The notes: generated from the sequence alone by a model not told the origin. A DNA stretch of 42,243 nt from Deltaproteobacteria bacterium (GCA_016935075.1 JAFGRP010000025.1:1-42243); one strand, 5' to 3'. Counted from the first letter of the stretch, positions 24,056 to 31,856 are shown. Numbers and translations are program-made.

Positions 24056-25309
24056 TTACCCTTTTTGTTCCTTCTTGTATTCGAGCACCATCTCCTTCAT
24101 CTCCGCGGCAAGCCCCAGCGTGTCGTATACGCGTTCACCGCCGTAGATCCGGATCCGGGCGTTGAGATCCTTCGTCCCCTCCCTCAAAATTTCCAATGAC
24201 TCCTTTTCCTTGTTGCCGGCCAAAAGCAACAGCACGGGGAATCCGGGACGCTTGGGAAGTTCCTCCCGGAGCGCCTTGACGACGCCGTGGGCGTGGTGCC
24301 ACTGCTCCTGATTGGCTGCCATGAAGCCGCCCAGCATGTAGCCGTCGATCCCAGGCTGGGAAAAGACGAGCTTGGCGGCGCGATAAACCTTGGAGGCCGG
24401 CGGATTGCCGCTCGTATCGGCGAAATCGGGGACCCTCAGCCCCTGTTTGTTGAGACCGTCGACGCCGAGCATGGCGCCGCCGCCGCCCATACCGTGATAG
24501 CCGATCGTCCCGAAGCACTCGCCCTGGATCCGGTTGTCCATCTCGGCAAAGTAGCAGGTGCCGCGCAGGTCCTTCTCCTCCACCCACCAGGCAATCCGGT
24601 CCAGTTCCGTGGGGGGGGTACCCGATTCGCGGGCCACCTCGATCCCCAGCTCCGGATGACGGATCACGGAAGAATCGTCTATGGAAATTCGGCAGTCGCC
24701 GGCCAGAACCTTCCCGTCCCTGGTGACGACCATGGGGTTGATCTCGATGAGACGGGCGCCATAATTCTTGAAGGTATCGTAGAGACCGACCATCAGCCGG
24801 GCCACCTGCGCGATGTGCTTGCTGGGCACCTTCACCTTGTTCGCAAGGTTGAGGGCATCGTAGATCTTGAAGCCGCGGATGACATCCACGTTCATCAGGG
24901 CGATCTTGTCGCCGGGGACCGACTCGATGTCCATGCCTCCCTCCGTCGAAAACATGACCACCGGACAGCGCGCATCCGCCTGGGCGTTGACGATGATCCC
25001 GGCGTAGTATTCCCGGTCGATATCCAACTTCTCCTCAACCAGGACTTTCTCCACCAGGTAACCCTTGATCGTGGCGCCGATCAGCAGGGCCGCCATTTTT
25101 TCGGCCTCCGCAGGCGTATCGGCGAACTTCACACCGCCCGCCTTCCCGCGGCCGCCGGTCCATATCTGAACCTTGATAACCACGGGCTTCCCGATCTTTT
25201 CCGCAATCTTTCCTGCCTCTTCCGGCGTCTTGGCCACATCCCCCTGCGGGATCGGCATCTTGGCAATCTTGAACAACGCTTTACCTTCATGCTCATGCAA
25301 TCGAGCCAT
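24056..25309 (-). CDS. SucC-like ATP-grasp (beta) subunit of an ADP-forming acid--CoA ligase
   Basis: 417 aa. RBS AGGAGGATGGT-ATG. MARLHEHEGKALFKIAKMPIPQG...VIKVQIWTGGRGKAGGVKF aligns with MNLHEYQAK...VHAGGRGKAGGVK of SucC. The C-terminal half is divergent. Confidence 0.85.
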   Translation of the reverse strand: MARLHEHEGKALFKIAKMPIPQGDVAKTPEEAGKIAEKIGKPVVIKVQIWTGGRGKAGGVKFADTPAEAEKMAALLIGATIKGYLVEKVLVEEKLDIDREYYAGIIVNAQADARCPVVMFSTEGGMDIESVPGDKIALMNVDVIRGFKIYDALNLANKVKVPSKHIAQVARLMVGLYDTFKNYGARLIEINPMVVTRDGKVLAGDCRISIDDSSVIRHPELGIEVARESGTPPTELDRIAWWVEEKDLRGTCYFAEMDNRIQGECFGTIGYHGMGGGGAMLGVDGLNKQGLRVPDFADTSGNPPASKVYRAAKLVFSQPGIDGYMLGGFMAANQEQWHHAHGVVKALREELPKRPGFPVLLLLAGNKEKESLEILREGTKDLNARIRIYGGERVYDTLGLAAEMKEMVLEYKKEQKG

Positions 25310-25403
25310 ACCATCCTCCTTCTGAAAAACAATCTATGGGTTGATAACCCCGTCCGATTTCTCGGGCTTCATCCTTTGCCGTTTACTTGATGACGCGAAT
25401 ATT

Positions 25404-26063
25404 TTACTCGGCATTAATGCTGACCTTTAATAGTGTTACCGTCCTGTCGATGTGGGCTTTTAGACATTTTTTGGCATCTTCGTAGGACCCCACCTTGATC
25501 AAACTCAGAATTTGATGATGTTCTTCGATAGAGGGAGACGATGCGCCGGGTAAATATATGTACCTGAATTGATATCGGCGTAGAGTCGTTTCAAGCGACC
25601 TGTAAAATTTATTCAACCAACTGTTACCGGCTGCCTCTACGATTTTAGCGTGAAAGTCGAAAAATATCTTATGATGTCTCAAACGTTGATCTGTATCGTC
25701 TTTTGGTGAGATCGATAAACCGGCTAATATTTTTTGGATAGAAGAGGCTTCCGGAAGATCCGAGATTTTTTGTTCTTTCAAAAGATCAATCGCACAGCAT
25801 TCAAGCATTTCTCTGACTTTGTAAACCTCCTGGCAATCCCGAACCGTCAGTTTATTTACACAAACTCCTTTTCTGGGTATGCTTATTATCGCACGCTCAT
25901 GTTCAAGTATCCTAAATGCCTCCCTTATGGGCGGACGACTTATACCGAGATTTGAGGAAAGCTGACTTTCGGTCAGTTTCTGCCCGGGTCGCAGTTCTCC
26001 CGTAATGATTTTCGATCTTAAATAATCAACGATACTATCGGTGACGCTCAAAGGCTCTATCAT
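25404..26063 (-). CDS. GntR-family transcriptional regulator (FadR/FCD-type C-terminal domain)
   Basis: 219 aa. The wHTH LRPGQKLTESQLSSNLGISRPPIREAFRILEHERAIISIPRKGVCV is followed by an all-helical domain. The segment is markedly AT-rich. Confidence 0.9.
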   Translation of the reverse strand: MIEPLSVTDSIVDYLRSKIITGELRPGQKLTESQLSSNLGISRPPIREAFRILEHERAIISIPRKGVCVNKLTVRDCQEVYKVREMLECCAIDLLKEQKISDLPEASSIQKILAGLSISPKDDTDQRLRHHKIFFDFHAKIVEAAGNSWLNKFYRSLETTLRRYQFRYIYLPGASSPSIEEHHQILSLIKVGSYEDAKKCLKAHIDRTVTLLKVSINAE

Positions 26064-26096
26064 GATTTGTCATCACTCTTTCACATTGCCTAAAGT

Positions 26097-26119
26097 CTAT
26101 TGTATATTGTTTATTGTTA
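26097..26119. promoter_or_regulatory. three tandem TATTGT heptads (CTATTGT ATATTGT TTATTGT TA); candidate autoregulatory operator of the GntR gene
   Basis: It lies 34-56 nt upstream of the GntR ATG (26063). It is a permuted copy of 14894-14916. Confidence 0.4.
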
Positions 26120-26167
26120 TATTAATACTAATCTAAGTGAAAACATAATGTCAAGAAATTTTTTTAA

Positions 26168-26293
26168 CCGGTGATCTGCTATGAGGAGTTCGAGAAAGCG
26201 GACCTCCGGGCGGTAAAGGTCCTCGCGCAGGAGAGGGTCCCCAAATCGAATAGACTGCTCCGATTGACGGTGGAAATCGTCGGGAAGCGGTAG
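26168..26293 (+). pseudogene. relic copy of the start of the metG tRNA-binding domain (40 codons, then a stop)
   Basis: A hand alignment with metG nt 11115-11240 gives 109/126 identical positions and no gaps. It translates as (V)ICYEEFEKADLRAVKVLAQERVPKSNRLLRLTVEIVGKR* against ISYEEFEKVDLRAAKVLAAERVPKSNKLLRLTVEIDGERQ in metG. Homology stops 3 nt before the fba stop codon. Confidence 0.75.
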
Positions 26294-26296
26294 AGA

Positions 26297-27688
26297 TTAC
26301 GTCAGGCCGGCCGGGGGCGGCAGCGGGACGTCCACAGGCGTGACAAAGCGGTTCACCGTCTCGAGGGTGCTGCCCACGTTGAGCTTCCCGAAAAGGAGCG
26401 CAAATTGCGCCTCCAGTTCCTTGCCAAGTGCCGTCCGGATCGTCTCCGGGAGATCCCACATCTCCCGTTTGAAGGGGCCGATCCCCTTCTTCCGGGTCTT
26501 GTAGAGGAACTGCTCTTCCGTATCGCTATCCTTCCGCTCGGAAGCCGCTTCCCGTTTCAGGTAGTCGTAGATCTGCCCGCGGAGCGCGGGCGGAAAATTC
26601 GGGCTGTCATAAACAATGTTCTGGAATCCCGTTGCCAGGTGGACCTCCGCCGTTCCCGTCGCGGGGAAACGGTCGAACGCCTCGTCTGGCAACGTGGAGG
26701 CGCCGTGCTGGACCGCGCCGGCCAGGCCGTATTCCTTCTTCGCCGCGGCGGAGAGCTTTTCGAGCGTGTCAAAATCGAGCTTGACCTTCGCGATACTCCC
26801 GTCGGCCAGGGGGATCCCGCCGTGGGTCGTCCCTGTCTGGATGCTGATCTTGCTGATCCCCTTCAATCCCGTTCCGCTCTTGCGGAGGGTTTCCAGATAC
26901 CCCTCCATGAAGGCGTGGAGCTCCTCGACCGTGCTGTTTTTCCCCCCGACCTCGCCGATCTCTCCGCCGACGGAGATCGTGATGCCCGCCGGTTCCAGAT
27001 CCCGGATCATCGTCGTCATTTCTGCGGCCAGGCCGTAGTTGAGTCTCTGCTGCTGTTTTACGGTCGCCTCCGCGAGATCGACGAGGGTCGAGGTGTCGAT
27101 ATCGATGTTGTAGAAGCCTGCGTCGATGGCCTCCCAGATGAGGTCTTTGACGGCCTTGACTTCGCCCCCCGGATCCTTCGCGTATTTCTTCGCCCCCACC
27201 TGGAAGTGGTCGCCCTGGAGGAAAAGGGGCCCCCGGTATCCCGTCTTCAGAGCGGCCGCCGTCACGGCGCAGGTGTACTCCGCCGGCCGCTGGCGGGTGT
27301 AATCGATCTCAGACCGCGCGATCTCGAAGATCATCGCCCCGACCCCGGAAACCTGAGCGGCCCGGAAAACGGCCTGGGCCGTGTCGTAGGTCAAGGCGCG
27401 GATGTTGATCGCCGGCACTGTAAACCCGGAAACCTCTCCCCGTCCCATCGCCTCGTAAAGCCCCTGAATCGAGGCGGATCGGATGCCCGCCGCCGCCCCG
27501 GACCGGCGGATCAGCCAACGGGCGGCCGCCCGCGTCTTCTCCTCGGGGGCAAATACCGCCGTCCAAATCAGATCGTCTATCCGCTCTTCCCGCAGACGTT
27601 TTTCATCCAGAATCCTGACGCCGTTTCCATTGAATGCCAGAGCATCCTCCATTGTCTTCTTCAGCATATCCGTATTATTGCAGATCAT
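26297..27688 (-). CDS. fba: class II fructose-1,6-bisphosphate aldolase family protein (long form)
   Basis: GFTVPAINIRALTYDTAQAVFRAA, LFLQGDHFQV (metal His), GGEIGEVGG, and VQHGASTLPDE. The 463-aa length is longer than E. coli FbaA, so the exact subclass is uncertain. Confidence 0.8.
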   Translation of the reverse strand: MICNNTDMLKKTMEDALAFNGNGVRILDEKRLREERIDDLIWTAVFAPEEKTRAAARWLIRRSGAAAGIRSASIQGLYEAMGRGEVSGFTVPAINIRALTYDTAQAVFRAAQVSGVGAMIFEIARSEIDYTRQRPAEYTCAVTAAALKTGYRGPLFLQGDHFQVGAKKYAKDPGGEVKAVKDLIWEAIDAGFYNIDIDTSTLVDLAEATVKQQQRLNYGLAAEMTTMIRDLEPAGITISVGGEIGEVGGKNSTVEELHAFMEGYLETLRKSGTGLKGISKISIQTGTTHGGIPLADGSIAKVKLDFDTLEKLSAAAKKEYGLAGAVQHGASTLPDEAFDRFPATGTAEVHLATGFQNIVYDSPNFPPALRGQIYDYLKREAASERKDSDTEEQFLYKTRKKGIGPFKREMWDLPETIRTALGKELEAQFALLFGKLNVGSTLETVNRFVTPVDVPLPPPAGLT

Positions 27689-27746
27689 GGCCTCACCTCG
27701 CTCATGGTACGCATAAGGCCCGGATTCCGGACCCTCTCCTTATTCT

Positions 27747-28691
27747 TTATGATCCTGCTGCCAGAAATTCCATCGCCTTTTCCACCTCGAACCGGCTTCC
27801 GATATAGATCGGACAGCGCTGTTCAAGATCTTCCACCCGAACCGAGAGGATTTCCTCCTTGCCGTCCGTGGCAATTCCCCCGGCCTGTTCAATGATGAAG
27901 GCCATCGGCTGAAGCTCAAACAACAGCCGCAGTTTTCCGCGGGGGCTCTTTTTCAGTGCCGGATAGGTGAAAATCCCTCCCCGTTTGATCAGGACCTGGT
28001 TGATGTCCGGAACGAAACCGCCGCTGTAGCGCAGCTTGTATCCCTCCGCCTCGAGATACTCGAGAAACCTCACATGCTTTTCGATGCAATCCTTCCGGAG
28101 CCCTCCGGGGCTGTAGATGGAGCCGCGCTCCTCGAGCATGATGTGCTCCTGGGAAAGGACGTATTCCCCCTCCCGGTTCAGGACGAACTCGTGGGCCCCT
28201 TTGCCTGCGGAATAGACCATCGTGATGAGCGGTCCGTAAGTAATGTAGAGGGCCGCCACCATCGAATCCCTTCCCCGCGAGAAGATCGATTCCTTGTGGA
28301 TGCCGATGATCGTCCCGATGGCCAGGTTCGTGTCGACCAGGGAGGAGCCGTCCAGCGGGTCCGCCGTGACAAAGTATTTCTCCCGGCCCTTGCCGAGCAT
28401 CACGACGGCATCCTGCTCCTCCGAGGCGTACTCCCGGACGAAGCCCGAAAACTGAAGCTGGTTCTTCATGATCTCGTCCGAACTCCGGTCGAGCGAAAGC
28501 TGTTCCTCACCGTAGACGTTCTTGAAACCGGCCAGTTTCCGGTTCGATTCATGAATCTTGGCGGAGATATATTTTCCCGTCACCGCAATCTGCCAGATGA
28601 GACGGCGGAGCTCCTCCTCCACGCCGGCCATCCACATCTGGCGCCGCAGATCCACAGCAAATCTGGTGTAATCCGATATCCCCTCGCCCAT
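27747..28691 (-). CDS. fbp: class 1 fructose-1,6-bisphosphatase
   Basis: 314 aa from ATG 28691 (GGAGG RBS). VTADPLDGSSLVDTNLAIGTIIGI, YSPGGLR, and LRYSGGFVPDINQVLIKRGGIFTYPA...GKLRLLFELQPMAFIIEQAGG. Confidence 0.9.
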   Translation of the reverse strand: MGEGISDYTRFAVDLRRQMWMAGVEEELRRLIWQIAVTGKYISAKIHESNRKLAGFKNVYGEEQLSLDRSSDEIMKNQLQFSGFVREYASEEQDAVVMLGKGREKYFVTADPLDGSSLVDTNLAIGTIIGIHKESIFSRGRDSMVAALYITYGPLITMVYSAGKGAHEFVLNREGEYVLSQEHIMLEERGSIYSPGGLRKDCIEKHVRFLEYLEAEGYKLRYSGGFVPDINQVLIKRGGIFTYPALKKSPRGKLRLLFELQPMAFIIEQAGGIATDGKEEILSVRVEDLEQRCPIYIGSRFEVEKAMEFLAAGS

Positions 28692-28995
28692 GATTCTTTT
28701 CCTCCGTGAATTGATGAGAGATGCCGCCTGATCGACCCGCTGTAATCGTATCGTGTTTTTTAAAGCCCGACAAATGGTTTGCGTCGACTTTCTTTTCCGC
28801 CCCACGCTTTCTCAACAGAATATAGATAAAAAATTATCGGTCAGAATGCAACCTCTTTTTACCTCTTGTTTTTCGGGATGAGGGGAGGTCGGCTGACCAT
28901 CGCGGATTGGAAACCGATTCTGACTGATTCCGGCCGTTGTCTATGGGCAAATTTCGTGTAAACTTCTAACGGAAAAATCGTGGAAAGGGGAAACG

Positions 28996-29238
28996 ATGGA
29001 TCCTTTGCTGAAAATCGCGCACCGGGGATATTCCGCGAGATATCCGGAAAATACGCTTCTGGCGTTTAAGAAGGCCACCGCGGCCGGCGCGGACATGATC
29101 GAGCTCGACGTGCGCCTCTCGCAGGACGGACGGCTGGTGGTCATCCACGACGAGAGGATCGACCGCACGGCAAAACGGATTCAGCGGCTCCCGCGAACAA
29201 CCGATCCCGGGACCGCCCTCAATCATCGCCGAAACTGA
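28996..29238 (+). pseudogene. 5' fragment of a glycerophosphodiester phosphodiesterase (GDPD) gene
   Basis: [58 protein letters not shown] is the GDPD N-terminus (HRG..PENT..E.D). After about 58 aa the similarity ends, and the frame runs 20 nt into the 3' end of pfkA. Full-length GDPDs are around 240 aa. Confidence 0.6.
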
Positions 29239-30316
29239 TCCCCATATCGCGGGCGGTCAGGATCGAATCGGAATCGAGGGGCACCGATTTCATCTTTTCG
29301 ACGGCCTCCGCCAGCGGTACCGCCACCATATCCGGCGGCCGCAGGGCCACCATCACGTTGCGCCGGCCCTCCGCGATGAAACGGACGGCTGCGGCGCCGA
29401 AGCGCAGGGCTACAAGACGGTCGAACGTGGTGGGGGAACCGCCGCGCTGCAGATGTCCCAGAACCAGAGAGCGCGTGTCCTTTCCTGTACGCTGATGAAT
29501 TTCCCGGGCCACCCACTCGCCGATGCCGCCCAGCAGAACCTCCTGACGGCCCTCCTCCCCGGTTCCCTTGTGGACCAATTCGCCCCCCTCGGCCTTGGCC
29601 CCTTCCGCGACGACGACAATCCCGTAGTCCTTGTCATGCAGCTCATTGTCCATGATCTTGTTGCAGACGCTGTCGATCTTGAACGGAATCTCGGGAATCA
29701 GGATCGCATCCGCTGATCCGGAAATGCCGCTGTTGAGCGCGATCCAGCCCGCGTATCGTCCCATCACCTCGACCACCATCACCCGCTGGTGGGCACTGGC
29801 TGTGGAGTGCAGTTTGTCGATCGCCTCCGTCGACGTGGTCACCGCCGTATCGAAACCGAAGGTGATGACCGTACTGGCCAGATCATTGTCGATCGTCTTG
29901 GGTACGCCCACCACGGACATCCCCAACCCGGAGAGGCGGTGGGCGAGGCGCAGTGAGCCGTCGCCGCCAACGGCGATCAGAACATCCAGACCCAGACGCT
30001 TGAAGTTGGAGACGATTTTCGCGGAGACATCCCGGACCTCGACATCGCCGACGGCATTCTTGACAGGCATTGCAAACGGATCCCCCTTGTTCGTCGTACC
30101 GAGGATCGTTCCTCCCAGCGAGACGATGCCCGCCACCTTCTCGGGGCTCAGCCGGGTGATCTCATCGATATTGAACAATCCCTTATAACCGGTGTGGATT
30201 CCGTAAACCTCCCAGCCGCGGCGGTCGGCCGCCATCGTCACAGCATAGATGACGGCATTGAGTCCGGGCGCATCCCCGCCGCCGGTGTTGATCGCGATCT
30301 TCAAACGGTCACCCAT
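29219..30316 (-). CDS. pfkA: 6-phosphofructokinase, ATP-type signature (Gly at the E. coli G104 position)
   Basis: [45 protein letters not shown], and [10 protein letters not shown]. Confidence 0.9.
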   Translation of the reverse strand: MGDRLKIAINTGGGDAPGLNAVIYAVTMAADRRGWEVYGIHTGYKGLFNIDEITRLSPEKVAGIVSLGGTILGTTNKGDPFAMPVKNAVGDVEVRDVSAKIVSNFKRLGLDVLIAVGGDGSLRLAHRLSGLGMSVVGVPKTIDNDLASTVITFGFDTAVTTSTEAIDKLHSTASAHQRVMVVEVMGRYAGWIALNSGISGSADAILIPEIPFKIDSVCNKIMDNELHDKDYGIVVVAEGAKAEGGELVHKGTGEEGRQEVLLGGIGEWVAREIHQRTGKDTRSLVLGHLQRGGSPTTFDRLVALRFGAAAVRFIAEGRRNVMVALRPPDMVAVPLAEAVEKMKSVPLDSDSILTARDMGISFGDD

Positions 30317-30650
30317 TGCAGCCTCCTTATTTCAGTGGTGAATGATTATAACGGTCAAGCAACGGGGCGTCAAGAAATATGGCACGGATCATCCGCCCCG
30401 TACAATTGAAGATCTCCGCAGCAAGCTGCGAAGAATCTTCGATCCTTAAGGGGAACAAACCATCTTGATCTTCACGCGCCGGCACCGCGGCAAGCCGCGG
30501 GAAATTCTCTCGTGGGAGGATTCAAAGCGGCACCCTCGACTTCGGCAACCCCGGAAGAAAAAAGACCGGTGGGCAAATTTTCGTTCTGGTTTTCTTTTTA
30601 TATCTGTCATAAAATCGAGGCCATCCGGAAAATGGAAGGAGGGAATCAAA

Positions 30651-31856
30651 ATGGCAAGCATCAAAAGAAAAAAAGGGACCATTGGCATCCTGACGGGGGG
30701 AGGAGATGTTCCCGGCCTTAATCCGGCGATCCGGGCCGTCACCATCCGGGCCATCCGGGAGGGTTTCAAGGTGATCGGACTCCGCAGGGGATGGAAAAGC
30801 CTGGTCTCCTGCTTCCGGGAAAAGAACCTTGACCAGGCTGAATGCTTCCAGATTCTCACGGAAGAGATCGTCAACAAGGTCGGCCGAACCGGCGGGACCT
30901 TCCTCCATACGTCCCGTACCCGCCCCAGCCACATCCCCAAGGATGAAGTTCCCGACCACCTGCAGGGCAAATATACCGATCCGATCAACGACCTCACGCC
31001 GGAGGTCTTGAAGAATCTCGATTTTCTGGGAATCGATCATCTGGTTGCCATCGGCGGTGACGACACGCTAAGTTACGGTGTACATTTGTCGAAAAATGGC
31101 GTGAACGTCATCGCAATCCCCAAGACCATGGATAACGACGTCCCCGGAACGGACTACTGTATCGGGTTCAGCACCTGCATTACCCGTACCATCGAAATGA
31201 CCCACAGTCTGCGCACCACGGCCGGCTCCCACGAGCGGATTCTGGTGATTGAGGTATTCGGGCGGTATGCCGGATTTACGGCCCTGCTGCCCACGATGGC
31301 AGGGGCGGCAAACCGGTGTGTCATCCCGGAGTACCGGTTCAGGATCGAACGGTTGACCGAGCTGCTCGTCCGGGACCGGTTCACCAATCCAAGCCACTAT
31401 TCGGTCGCTCTGGTCTCGGAGGGGGCCATGTTCGAGGAGGGGGAGATGGTCTTCGAAAAAGGGGAAAGCGACCAGTACGGACATCGGAAGCTGGGAGGTG
31501 TCGGGGATCTGGTCGCCACGGAGATCCACGAAACTTCCGCCAAGTTCAACAACGGCAGAAAGATCAATGTCATCAAGCAGAGACTGGGTTATCTGGTGCG
31601 GTCCGGGGATCCCGACGCCATCGACTCCATCGCCCCGATGGCCTTCGGGAACGTGGCCCTGAGCCTGATCATGAACCACTCTCACGGAAGGCTGGTGAGC
31701 CTGCGGAACGGCCGGTATGACAATGTCCCGATCGATGTGGTCACCAGTATGAAAAAAGTTGTGGATGTAAAGAAATATTACAACTCAGACCGGCTGCGAC
31801 CCTATTATGAGAGCTTCGAATCGAAACCGCTGTTTATTATGACGAGCGATTATTAG
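30651..31856 (+). CDS. pfp: phosphofructokinase, PPi-type signature (GGDDT + PKTMDND)
   Basis: 401 aa from ATG 30651 (GGAAGGAGGG RBS). IGILTGGGDVPGLNPAIRAV, VAIGGDDTLSYG, IAIPKTMDNDV, and FGRYAGFTAL. Confidence 0.8.
   Translation: MASIKRKKGTIGILTGGGDVPGLNPAIRAVTIRAIREGFKVIGLRRGWKSLVSCFREKNLDQAECFQILTEEIVNKVGRTGGTFLHTSRTRPSHIPKDEVPDHLQGKYTDPINDLTPEVLKNLDFLGIDHLVAIGGDDTLSYGVHLSKNGVNVIAIPKTMDNDVPGTDYCIGFSTCITRTIEMTHSLRTTAGSHERILVIEVFGRYAGFTALLPTMAGAANRCVIPEYRFRIERLTELLVRDRFTNPSHYSVALVSEGAMFEEGEMVFEKGESDQYGHRKLGGVGDLVATEIHETSAKFNNGRKINVIKQRLGYLVRSGDPDAIDSIAPMAFGNVALSLIMNHSHGRLVSLRNGRYDNVPIDVVTSMKKVVDVKKYYNSDRLRPYYESFESKPLFIMTSDY

Noticed and set aside
11603-26167. Calling the island an integrative mobile element or genomic island with att sites.
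   Set aside because: No integrase, transposase, conjugation gene or tRNA target is present. The only boundary signal is the diverged metG relic. I report it as an insertion or rearrangement scar, not as a mobile element.
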